Shown: piece by piece, positions 48,460-57,197 of the stretch | How the letters are laid out: the number at the start of each line of letters is the position of its first letter | How positions within the stretch are numbered: position 1 is the stretch's first letter | Notes under the pieces: model-generated | Seen by the model: only the letters and a program-made list of their open reading frames with translations | What the model was told of the DNA's origin: nothing | The model's database searches: none | Assembly: GCA_013335095.1 (NCBI GenBank) | Contig: JAAXWF010000003.1 | Coordinates: forward strand, 5,960-69,959 | DNA length: 64,000 nucleotides | From: a candidate division WWE3 bacterium | GTDB taxonomy: Bacteria > Patescibacteriota > 4484-211 > GCA-002791395 | Direction of reading: 5' to 3' | Made by a program: the position numbers and the translations under genes

Positions 48460-48858
48460 TTAGTCTTTGACTCCTAATCTAACCTTTGCTGGTCGTATTA
48501 CTCGATCGTTAAGTTTATATCCCGGTGCAAGCACTTCAAGTACTATATCACTTTTTCCATCAGTATCAATAACCTCCATTGTTTCTGCGCTAAACGCGGT
48601 TCCTGGCTCTATCTGTATTCTCGAAAAACCATTCCGAGTTAATATTGTATAAAATTCTTTAGCTGTCATCTCTAGTCCATCAAGAACGCTAATCATTTGT
48701 GTCATTAACAACTCATTTGCCAATTGAACACTACCAGTAAGCTCTTTCTCGTATCGATTTTTTAGATTTGCATAGTCAGCAAGGGCTCTTTTAAGCTGTT
48801 CTTCGAGCAACTGAGTGCGATCGTTTATTTGATTGTTGTTATTATTTTCTTCGTTCAT
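48460..48858 (-). CDS. grpE: Nucleotide exchange factor GrpE, short
   Basis: [23 protein letters not shown]; lies between hrcA and dnaK. Confidence 0.92.
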   Translation of the reverse strand: MNEENNNNNQINDRTQLLEEQLKRALADYANLKNRYEKELTGSVQLANELLMTQMISVLDGLEMTAKEFYTILTRNGFSRIQIEPGTAFSAETMEVIDTDGKSDIVLEVLAPGYKLNDRVIRPAKVRLGVKD

Positions 48859-48877
48859 AATTTTTAATATGGATATA

Positions 48878-49615
48878 TTACCAGCTTCGGCTCATCTCGT
48901 TAACTAATCGCTGTAAATATCGCAAGGTTGGTATTACAGAAGGATAATCCAGTCGATAAGGTCCAACAACGGTGATATATCCTAGATGACCTTTTGGTAA
49001 ATCAATTCTCGTTGTTACTAAACCACACTGGGCCATTGATGGTAAGCCGGTTTCTTCTCCGAGAAGTAATCCATATTCGGCTTCTGGAGATAACTGAGAC
49101 AATATGTAATTAATTAAGTCATATTGATCAAGTAAATGCAGTACCGCACGAGTTAGATCTATATCGTAGAATTCGGGATGACGTAAAATATGGGCAGCAC
49201 CTGATGCATACATTTGACCATTGTCGGTTGTAATTACGGTTAAATTCTGCAACTCTTCAGATAATGAAAGTGCTGCTTGTCGTAATAATTGTTCTTGATC
49301 GTGGCGGTGTTGCCATAGGCGTTGTTTAATTGCAACTTCATTAACTACGGGCATTTCTTTTTCTTGCATCATATTTTTTACGTAATAACGAAAAGCGTGA
49401 GGCGTTGGGGTTCGACCTGCTGAAGAATGATCCTTTTGTAGAAAACCTAACCGAGTAAGTTCGGCCATTTCATTACGTGTAGTTGCAGGAGAAAAATCAA
49501 AATGATATTTGCCAACGAGGTTCTCTGACCCGACTGGTTGGGCAGTATGAACATATTCATCAATAATAGCTTTTAGGATATCTTGCTGGCGCGTTGATAG
49601 GTAGTCACTATTCAT
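48878..49615 (-). CDS. hrcA: Heat-inducible repressor HrcA, short form
   Basis: RQQDILKAIIDEY..TAQPVGS, SPATTRNEM, HSSAGRTPT, VVGPYRLDY. Promoter TTGACA-17-TAATCT precedes ATG 49615. Confidence 0.93.
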   Translation of the reverse strand: MNSDYLSTRQQDILKAIIDEYVHTAQPVGSENLVGKYHFDFSPATTRNEMAELTRLGFLQKDHSSAGRTPTPHAFRYYVKNMMQEKEMPVVNEVAIKQRLWQHRHDQEQLLRQAALSLSEELQNLTVITTDNGQMYASGAAHILRHPEFYDIDLTRAVLHLLDQYDLINYILSQLSPEAEYGLLLGEETGLPSMAQCGLVTTRIDLPKGHLGYITVVGPYRLDYPSVIPTLRYLQRLVNEMSRSW

Positions 49616-49703
49616 AACTATCAGAAGATTATCACCGGCGCTAAATGATGTCAATATGATGTCGTGTATGGGTTTCGCTTGTTTTGTAGGCATCGAGATC
49701 GTC

Positions 49704-49757
49704 TTGACGAACGTATTTCTTTTTGTTAGTCTAACACTGTGCAGTGCTAACTGCCAA
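49704..49757 (+). promoter_or_regulatory. hsp20 promoter with a degenerate CIRCE operator
   Basis: TTGACG-17-TAGTCT. CTAACACTG-N9-AACTGCCAA (49731-49757) matches TTAGCACTC-N9-GAGTGCTAA at 6/9 in each half. hrcA is adjacent and divergent. Confidence 0.55.
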
Positions 49758-49779
49758 TGCGAAAGGAGGTGTATATAAA

Positions 49780-50226
49780 ATGTCACGTATTGTCCGATAT
49801 GATCCATTTCGAGAGTTACGCCGAATTATGTGGTCGGGATTTCCACTAATGGATGATGATCTCATGACCCACGGTTCCTCTTCACTATTGTCTGTTGATG
49901 CATATGAGGAAGATCAATATGTTGTTGTAAAGGCTGATATTCCTGGTGTTAAACCTGACGATGTAGATATTTCAGTATCTTCTGATAGTGTAACGATTAA
50001 AGCAAATCGTAATGAAGAAAAAGAAATAAAAAACCGTGAATATATTCGTAAAGAACGGTATAGTGGAAGTGTAGCTCGGACATTGAGCCTTCCTTCGCCA
50101 GTTATTCCAGATGAAGCCGAAGCCACTTTTATTGATGGTTCACTAACACTTCGAATCAAGAAACAACTACATAACCCATCGAAACAAGTTCAAATAAAAG
50201 TGAATTCGGAAACCAATGGACATTGA
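49780..50226 (+). CDS. Hsp20/alpha-crystallin small heat shock protein
   Basis: YDPFREL, VDAYE, ADIPGV, ERYSGSVARTLSLP, A.F.DGSL.L; AAAGGAGGT SD. Confidence 0.94.
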   Translation: MSRIVRYDPFRELRRIMWSGFPLMDDDLMTHGSSSLLSVDAYEEDQYVVVKADIPGVKPDDVDISVSSDSVTIKANRNEEKEIKNREYIRKERYSGSVARTLSLPSPVIPDEAEATFIDGSLTLRIKKQLHNPSKQVQIKVNSETNGH

Positions 50227-50275
50227 GATAGCCTAAGAAAGGAGGCCTCGTGAAGGAAAACTTACTTCACGTCGT

Positions 50276-50303
50276 AAAGAGCCCCGCCCGCGGGGCTCTT
50301 TTT
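50276..50303 (+). terminator. Intrinsic terminator between convergent hsp20 and trpS
   Basis: AAAGAGCCCCG-CCCG-CGGGGCTCTTTTT. Confidence 0.85.
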
Positions 50304-50328
50304 ATGGAATATAAATATGATGGATAAT

Positions 50329-51312
50329 CTATTGGCTAATGCCAATTACATTTCGAACCTGTTGTATTTTAGTAGTTGAAATTTCTTTGGCTTTATTTGC
50401 CCCATTAGTGAGCGTTTTCTCGATTGCTTTAGAATGTATAATCTCCGAATATCGTGTTTGAATTGGCGATAGATGTTGAATAATAACTTCTCCCAAATCT
50501 TGTTTGAATATTTTGTACCCTTTGCCAGAATACTCTGCATCAAGCTGTTGTGGCGTTTTACCCGAAAGTGCTTGATATATGGTAATTAGATTGGTAATCG
50601 CTGGTTTATTTTTTTTATCTATGATTATTTCATTTCCTGAATCTGTTACTGCTATTCGTAACTTTTCTCGTATTTGATCAGGTGTATCGGATAGATTAAT
50701 CGTTCCGTTCGGATCCGATTCGCTTTTTGACATTTTTTTATCCGGCTGTTGCAAACTCATAATACGTTCACCGGCAATTGGTGGCATATATTCGGGAATA
50801 GTAAAGATATGACCATATTGGCCGTTTATACGTTCGGCCACGTCCCTTGTTAGTTCAATATGCTGTTTTTGATCTTCTCCAACAGGAACGAATTGCGTAT
50901 CGTATAAAAGAATATCCGCGGCCATAAGGGCGGGATAATCAAATAACCCTACGCTCACGAACTCTGTTTTTTCTTTTTTATCTTTATACTGAGTCATGCG
51001 ACCTAACTGACCAATGCCGGTAAAACAATTTAATATCCATCCTAAATACGTATGATCTGGGTTATCGGATTGAACAAACATAATTGATTCGTCTGGATTT
51101 ATTCCTGCAGCAATATACCAGGCCGCAATTGATTTGGTCTGCTCTTGTAACCTATGTGGATTTTGTGGAACTGTTATTGCATGTAAGTCGACTATACAAA
51201 AAATATTGTCGTATTCATGTTGATGAGCTACCCATTGCGATAATGCTCCAATGTAGTTACCTAGGTGTAAATCTCCTGAGGGCTTAATACCTGAAAACAC
51301 ACGTTTTTTCAT
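50329..51312 (-). CDS. trpS: Tryptophan--tRNA ligase
   Basis: SGIKPSGDLHLGNY, YPALMAADILLY, VPVGEDQKQH, KMSKS. Confidence 0.97.
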   Translation of the reverse strand: MKKRVFSGIKPSGDLHLGNYIGALSQWVAHQHEYDNIFCIVDLHAITVPQNPHRLQEQTKSIAAWYIAAGINPDESIMFVQSDNPDHTYLGWILNCFTGIGQLGRMTQYKDKKEKTEFVSVGLFDYPALMAADILLYDTQFVPVGEDQKQHIELTRDVAERINGQYGHIFTIPEYMPPIAGERIMSLQQPDKKMSKSESDPNGTINLSDTPDQIREKLRIAVTDSGNEIIIDKKNKPAITNLITIYQALSGKTPQQLDAEYSGKGYKIFKQDLGEVIIQHLSPIQTRYSEIIHSKAIEKTLTNGANKAKEISTTKIQQVRNVIGISQ

Positions 51313-51371
51313 ATACCGATAGTATACCTAATCTTTACCCATATCGAAAGGGAACCAGTATAATATGGCAT

Positions 51372-52415
51372 ATGGTAGATATTGAAAGTTTAAAACGTAG
51401 ATTTGAGACGGTGTCACAGCGGTTGGATCGTAGCACCTTGCAAATCGAGAAGCAGAAAATAGAAGAAGAAAGTTCTTCAGCGGTTTTTTGGCAGGATCCA
51501 GAAAAGTCTGGCCGAAAGATGAAGGACTTGACCGAAATTAAGGACGAGATTGATCGTCTGGACACTGTCGAACTATTGTTGATGGAGCTTGAAGATCAGC
51601 CCAATAATGAGACGGCAAGCGCAGAAATCGAGCGTCGGCTTGCGGTGCTCGAAGAACGATTATATTTATCAGGACCTTATGATAAATCAGCTGCCATCCT
51701 ATCTATTTATCCTGGCCAGGGAGGTACTGAGGCTATGGATTGGGCGAGTATGTTACTACGTATGTATACGAGATTTGCCGAAATAAAAGATTGGGATGTG
51801 GTAATGATTCAACAAAGTCCGGGCGAAGAAGCTGGTATTAAAGAAGCTATTTTAGAAATACATGGTACATATGCATACGGTTACTTAAAACATGAAACAG
51901 GAACTCATCGTTTAGTCCGGTTATCGCCGTTTAATGCCGCTAATTTACGTCAAACAAGTTTTGCCCGTGTAGAAGTCATTCCTATGATCGAAGGCGGTAG
52001 TAGCGGTATTGAAATTAATGATGATGATCTTGAATTCGAGGCGACGCGTGCCGGTGGACCAGGTGGGCAAAATGTTAATAAAGTTTCTACCGCAGTTCGC
52101 TTAACTCACATACCCTCGGGCATTACCATTCGGGTTGCATCGGAGCGGTCTCAGCATAAGAACCGAGAGCTTGCGATGAATATTTTGATTGGTAAATTAG
52201 CTCAGATTAAAGCTGAAGAAGAAAAAAAACGTGAATCGGAAATAAAAGGCGAGTATAAGGTTCCCGGATGGGGTAATCAAATTAGATCGTATGTTTTACA
52301 ACCGTATCAGATGGTGAAAGATCATCGAACTGATGTTGAAACTTCGAATTCTGAAGGCGTGCTTGATGGTGAAATAATGGAATTTATTGATGCTGAAATC
52401 CGTTCGTTATCTTGA
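51372..52415 (+). CDS. prfB: Peptide chain release factor 2, in frame
   Basis: GGTEAMDW, HRLVRLSPF (SPF), GPGGQNVNK, WGNQIRSY. Confidence 0.96.
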   Translation: MVDIESLKRRFETVSQRLDRSTLQIEKQKIEEESSSAVFWQDPEKSGRKMKDLTEIKDEIDRLDTVELLLMELEDQPNNETASAEIERRLAVLEERLYLSGPYDKSAAILSIYPGQGGTEAMDWASMLLRMYTRFAEIKDWDVVMIQQSPGEEAGIKEAILEIHGTYAYGYLKHETGTHRLVRLSPFNAANLRQTSFARVEVIPMIEGGSSGIEINDDDLEFEATRAGGPGGQNVNKVSTAVRLTHIPSGITIRVASERSQHKNRELAMNILIGKLAQIKAEEEKKRESEIKGEYKVPGWGNQIRSYVLQPYQMVKDHRTDVETSNSEGVLDGEIMEFIDAEIRSLS

Positions 52416-52450
52416 TAGGTTCTTGATCTAACCTCTGATACAATTTGTTT

Positions 52451-53440
52451 ATGAAAAAGGTATTAGTTACTGGTGGTGCTGGATATATTGGATCAATTGC
52501 ATGTCGGGTATTAAAACAGGAAGGATATGAACCTATTGTTTTCGACAATCTCGAATTTGGTCATTCTCAATCCGTCGGTGAATTTGAGATTATTGAGGGT
52601 GATCTTCGTTCTTATGATTCGATTAAGAATGCCCTTGTCACGGTTCGACCTGATGCGGTTATGCATTTCGCGGCTTACTTAAGTGTGCCTGAATCAGTTG
52701 AGCATCCGATAAAATATTACGAAAATAATGTTATTGGATCACTTAATTTATTCCATGCAATGATCGAACTACAGATAAATAAGATTGTTTTTTCTTCTAC
52801 CTGTGCCACATATGGCCAGCCGACTCATTTACCGGTTACTGAAAACGAGACGTTTAAGCCGGAGAGTCCATATGGGCAAACCAAGCTCGTTGTAGAACAA
52901 ATGTTGGATTGGTTTTATCGCGCATATGGTTTGAATTCAATTCGATTAAGATATTTTAATGTTGCTGGTGCATGGCCCGACGGCTCCATCGGTGAGGATC
53001 ACAATCCTGAAGTTCATATAATTCCTTTAGCATTATTTACCTCAATGGGTAAAAGAAAATCGTTTACGATATTTGGTAACGATTACAGTACGATCGATGG
53101 AACTAATGTGCGCGATTATATCCATGTCGTTGATTTAGCGTATGCTCATGTATCTGCCCTAAACTATTTAGAAGATCATTCGGTAACTGATTACTTTAAT
53201 GTTGGGGTCGGAGCAGGCTATTCAAATTTACAAATTATTCAAATGATAAAACAGGTGACTACTATCGATTTCTCGGTCGAGATCGCCGCGCGAAGACCCG
53301 GAGATGCTCCCGAAATTTATGCGGACAATACAAAAATAAAGAACATCTTAAAGTGGGAACCAAAATACTCTTTAAGAGACATCGTCGAATCAGCATGGAA
53401 GTGGCACACTACCCATCCAGATGGATATAAGGATATGTAA
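52451..53440 (+). CDS. galE: UDP-glucose 4-epimerase
   Basis: GGAGYIGS, HFAA...V.ES, FSSTCATYG, YGQTK, LRYFNVAGA, RDYIHV.DL. Confidence 0.95.
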   Translation: MKKVLVTGGAGYIGSIACRVLKQEGYEPIVFDNLEFGHSQSVGEFEIIEGDLRSYDSIKNALVTVRPDAVMHFAAYLSVPESVEHPIKYYENNVIGSLNLFHAMIELQINKIVFSSTCATYGQPTHLPVTENETFKPESPYGQTKLVVEQMLDWFYRAYGLNSIRLRYFNVAGAWPDGSIGEDHNPEVHIIPLALFTSMGKRKSFTIFGNDYSTIDGTNVRDYIHVVDLAYAHVSALNYLEDHSVTDYFNVGVGAGYSNLQIIQMIKQVTTIDFSVEIAARRPGDAPEIYADNTKIKNILKWEPKYSLRDIVESAWKWHTTHPDGYKDM

Positions 53441-53521
53441 TTATTCTTATTGCCCTTTAGATATCATGATGATTTGAACGCCCCCTGATAATTTGATAGT
53501 GTGAGGTTTTATAAGAAATAA

Positions 53522-54220
53522 ATGCCTAAGGTTTCAATAATATTCCCAGCATTAAATGAACGGAAAAGGTTGGAGAGAACCATTCGTATTTTTATTGAAC
53601 ATTTTAATAATGCGGTTGAACTTGTCATTGTTGATAACGGTTCTTCTGATGGTACTGCTGAGTATATCCGCGAGACTTATTCATCCAATCCGAATATTCG
53701 CTTAGTGTATGTAGACCGCCCGCTTGGAAAGGGTGGTGCCGTGTATCATGGATTTGATCACGTGGATGCGGAATTAGTCGGTTTTGTTGATCCTGATGGG
53801 TCTACTTCACCTCAGGAATGTGAAAAACTTATATCGGAGGCATTAAGAGTGGATTTCGTTTTAGCTTCTCGCTGGATTCCAGGAGCATCCATTGATCAAA
53901 AACAACCCATTTTGCGCCGTGTTTATGGGAGATCTTTTAATCTGTTAGTTAATACTCTGTTTAACTTGGGAATAAAAGATACTCAGTGTGGAGCAAAGTT
54001 TATAAATAGAGCAAAATACCTTCGGATCAGGCCACAACTATCAATTCGAGGGTTTGCGTTCGATGTCGAACTTATTTTGCGTAGTAAACAAGCTGGTTAT
54101 TCGATAAAAGAGATACCAATTACGTGGCATGATGTCGAAGGGTCTACGGTGTCTCAGCGTTCGGGATTTAACGCCGTAAAGGATGTCATTAAGTTGTGGT
54201 TGAGGGATTTATCGAGATAA
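53522..54220 (+). CDS. GT2 polyprenol-phosphate glycosyltransferase (DPG/DPM-synthase-like)
   Basis: IIFPALNE, VDNGSSDGT, GKGGAV, DTQCGAK, FAFDVEL, EIPITW. Confidence 0.88.
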   Translation: MPKVSIIFPALNERKRLERTIRIFIEHFNNAVELVIVDNGSSDGTAEYIRETYSSNPNIRLVYVDRPLGKGGAVYHGFDHVDAELVGFVDPDGSTSPQECEKLISEALRVDFVLASRWIPGASIDQKQPILRRVYGRSFNLLVNTLFNLGIKDTQCGAKFINRAKYLRIRPQLSIRGFAFDVELILRSKQAGYSIKEIPITWHDVEGSTVSQRSGFNAVKDVIKLWLRDLSR

Positions 54221-54253
54221 TTGGCATATGTATGGTAAAAATATACCTATAAT

Positions 54254-55162
54254 ATGAACAAAAAAAGAAATTTTATTTTATTACATAACAATGAACCCGT
54301 TGCTGTTGAGCTTAAGGCTTTCTGGGGGAGCGATGTCTATCTGGAAGAAATCGCGGTAAACGATCGATCCCTCGATTCATCCTTAGAGCTCCTCGATTCG
54401 TATTTAACTAAGCAGCCAGACTCAATTGTTATCGATATGGTTGATGCTCACACTCTTGATTACATTGCTCCCACGGTATTGACTGAAGAGGAACGAGATC
54501 AACAATATGTAATTAATGTTGAGTTTACCTCACAGGTTGCATCAATTTGTTTTAATCATGGCATCCATATGATTTTTTTATCGTCTGATCAAGTGTTTAA
54601 CGATGACGATATTGAAAAGACATTTAATGAAGAAGCTTTTCCATTCCCTTCAAATTGGTATGGAAAGGTGAAGTACTTAGCTGAAAGAGAGATTTTTGCA
54701 TCGGGGGTTGAATATACCATCTTACGCATTGGTTCAATTCTGTCTTCTTCACCAAATCATTTATTGGCCCAAATTCGTCGTTATTTAGAACAAAATACCT
54801 TACCGTCATTAGCCATGGATCAACAACTTTCACCAATATATCTTGGAGATATAGCAAAAAGTATTGAGCTTATTAGTGATGATTTGATGCTGTCGAGAAA
54901 TAAGATTTATCATCTTGCTGCCGATGAACTTATTACACCATACGAGCTTGCTCTTCGTATGCAAAATCAGTTAGAATCCAATTCCGAAATAGTATCTGCA
55001 TCCGTACTTGATACCGTTATTGATGAAGACCAGGAAGAGCCGAATGAATATTCATTAAACTCTGCTCTTGATAATAGTTTGTTTAAAACAGACTTTAGTA
55101 TGGTCTTTACACCGATTGATAATGCTATCGCGTTGATCGTTGATAAATGGAATGAAGCTTAG
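54254..55162 (+). CDS. RmlD-like SDR protein lacking the Gly-rich cofactor motif
   Basis: SSDQVF, P.NWYGKVKYLAE, DQQLSPIY, IYHLA; N-terminus ILLHNNEP instead of GxxGxxG. Confidence 0.72.
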   Translation: MNKKRNFILLHNNEPVAVELKAFWGSDVYLEEIAVNDRSLDSSLELLDSYLTKQPDSIVIDMVDAHTLDYIAPTVLTEEERDQQYVINVEFTSQVASICFNHGIHMIFLSSDQVFNDDDIEKTFNEEAFPFPSNWYGKVKYLAEREIFASGVEYTILRIGSILSSSPNHLLAQIRRYLEQNTLPSLAMDQQLSPIYLGDIAKSIELISDDLMLSRNKIYHLAADELITPYELALRMQNQLESNSEIVSASVLDTVIDEDQEEPNEYSLNSALDNSLFKTDFSMVFTPIDNAIALIVDKWNEA

Positions 55163-55539
55163 TTTGTGACAATATTGTGTCGAATTACCACAGAATTAAA
55201 ATTTATTGGAAAGAGCCAAAAGGTTGTGCCTTTATAGGGATGCAATGCTGCATCATATACCCAATATGCCAGTGCCCCCAAAAAGAGCAATACAAATATT
55301 GTTTTTCGTTGTTCTTTTTTGAACATCATCGTAAGCAAATACGCAACGAGTGTAAACGCTAAGGGGGTTTGTAACGTATATCCGACCCAGCTTAACGTAT
55401 AATTTTCGGGAAAGAAAACATTGATTATCGTTTTCACTAGTCCAGGAAGTACGAATCCTATTCCAATGTATGCTAACGATACGAGTTGGTTAACGTATTG
55501 TCTCTGTTGATTGGGTACCTTGGGATTATGTGAAGCCAT
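55159..55539 (-). CDS. Small hypothetical membrane protein
   Basis: Three hydrophobic helices; overlaps the upstream gene by 14 nt. Confidence 0.6.
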   Translation of the reverse strand: MASHNPKVPNQQRQYVNQLVSLAYIGIGFVLPGLVKTIINVFFPENYTLSWVGYTLQTPLAFTLVAYLLTMMFKKEQRKTIFVLLFLGALAYWVYDAALHPYKGTTFWLFPINFNSVVIRHNIVTN

Positions 55540-56008
55540 AAGATTTTTTTACTTGAATTAGCCATTTATCAATCTTTTCCTTGTTAAAAAAATAAAGTAA
55601 GCACACTGTCGAGAGTGTGCCAATTATCAGGTGCAGAAATAATTGATGTAATGGCGAATTTGCTGTCGCATAATTTTGTATTGATACCGTCGGTTTACTA
55701 TTTAAAAATTTTACCGTACCTGTTGCATTTATCGTCGCTTCAGGTGTAAGTATGCTCGGTAATCCCTCAGCATAAATGGTCATACCTCGATCATATAGTT
55801 TTATTCCATTCGAGCCTCGTTCGATTATTGATGCATTAAATGCAATAGCCTTTCCAGTATATGTACGCATGTCTGTTTTAATTTTTTTAAATGTAATTTC
55901 GGTCATTGGACCTTTATAGATTCCATAGCAGCAAAACATAGCGAGCAGAATTAATGTTAGTCGAATTTTTCGGGAACGATCTTCATCCGAGAAAATGTAG
56001 TTAAACAT
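55526..56008 (-). CDS. Hypothetical protein with two TMs flanking a possible OB-fold
   Basis: YTGKAI.F...I...G.KL.D and INATGTV pattern; TGTATAAT lies 7 nt before ATG 56008. Confidence 0.6.
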   Translation of the reverse strand: MFNYIFSDEDRSRKIRLTLILLAMFCCYGIYKGPMTEITFKKIKTDMRTYTGKAIAFNASIIERGSNGIKLYDRGMTIYAEGLPSILTPEATINATGTVKFLNSKPTVSIQNYATANSPLHQLFLHLIIGTLSTVCLLYFFNKEKIDKWLIQVKKSYGFT

Positions 56009-56064
56009 TGGAATCATTATACAAACATTTCAGTGAATCGCATAAACCAGGTATACTAACAATA

Positions 56065-57192
56065 ATGAGCGTTGTTTATTCAATTGGTGGATGTGTATTA
56101 GGCGGAAGTGGTATCGGGCGGACCGCTGGCTTTGCTGTGGATGGTTTAGTTCGTCATAATGTACTTAATCAGGTTATTGCTGCCAATTCAACAAAGCCTA
56201 CAGTTGGCTCGATCTCTGTCACTCGTGTTCCCAGTCATATTCCGGGTCTTCGACACTTTCTTCCCCAAGTGATGGTCAATACGGTCGGTGATGCGTTACA
56301 TGGTTATCTTACTGCTCAAGTGATGCATACTGATGCCGATGCATTTCACGGTTGGGCGGGGATGGCATTACCCGCAATACAAAAAGCTAAAAAAAGAAAT
56401 ATGCGAGTCGTGTTAGAACGAGCCTCGACGCATATTCTTCAGCAGAAGCAAATCCTTGATGATGAGTACAAAGTGCGCCAAATAACATCGAATGCATATA
56501 ATATGTGGCAGGTACATCGTGAAGTCCGAGAGTATGAATTGGCTGATCAGATAATTGTTCCTTCAACATATGCAAAAAAATCGTTTGTCGATTTAGGTTT
56601 TAAGCCAGAGAGTATTACCGTTATTCCGTTTGGCGTAAGTTCTGATTTCCTTAATGAGAAACCACGTGAATCTATTCTTGATAAAGAGCCGTACTTAAAT
56701 GCACTTTATGTTGGTGAAGTCGGATTTCGTAAGGGAATACTATACGCATTAGAAGCCTGGACTAGGTTATCAGTACCTAAGGGACAATTTTACGTAGTCG
56801 GGCCGATTATTGATCAGATTAAGCCATTTTTAGGGAAATATGCACATGACGATACTATTGTATTTACTGGTTTTACTGATCCTAAGCCCTATTATACGAA
56901 GTCCCATGTTTTTCTATTTCCTTCGCTTGAAGAGGGAAGCGCGCTTGTGACATATGAAGCGATGGCACAGTGTTTAGCTTTAGTGACAACCGATAATGCG
57001 GGTTCAGTTATGAGAGATGGTACAGATGGACTTCTGGTTAAGCCTCAGAATGTAGATTCCATTGTTAATGCGCTGACAATGCTTTCCACCGATTTACCTT
57101 TGACTATTACATATGGTTTAAATGCTCGTTCTCATGTTGAAGATTACACATGGGACCGATACGGGGATACCGTCGCTTCGTTATATCAATAA
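56065..57192 (+). CDS. GT4 glycosyltransferase
   Basis: IIVPS.Y, IPFGV, RKG, FLFPSLEEGSALVTYEAMA; TATACT lies 7 nt before ATG. Confidence 0.9.
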   Translation: MSVVYSIGGCVLGGSGIGRTAGFAVDGLVRHNVLNQVIAANSTKPTVGSISVTRVPSHIPGLRHFLPQVMVNTVGDALHGYLTAQVMHTDADAFHGWAGMALPAIQKAKKRNMRVVLERASTHILQQKQILDDEYKVRQITSNAYNMWQVHREVREYELADQIIVPSTYAKKSFVDLGFKPESITVIPFGVSSDFLNEKPRESILDKEPYLNALYVGEVGFRKGILYALEAWTRLSVPKGQFYVVGPIIDQIKPFLGKYAHDDTIVFTGFTDPKPYYTKSHVFLFPSLEEGSALVTYEAMAQCLALVTTDNAGSVMRDGTDGLLVKPQNVDSIVNALTMLSTDLPLTITYGLNARSHVEDYTWDRYGDTVASLYQ

Positions 57193-57197
57193 TCAAT

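Noticed and set aside
49616-49807. N-terminal extensions given by the ORF track for hrcA (also ytxH, rpoC, infB, wzx, crtB)
   Set aside because: They overlap promoters or neighbouring genes; downstream ATGs fit family N-termini and promoter positions.
50250-50327. 25-aa ORF after AAAGGAGG downstream of hsp20
   Set aside because: SD spacing is short, and the ORF runs through two hairpins including the terminator; no independent support.
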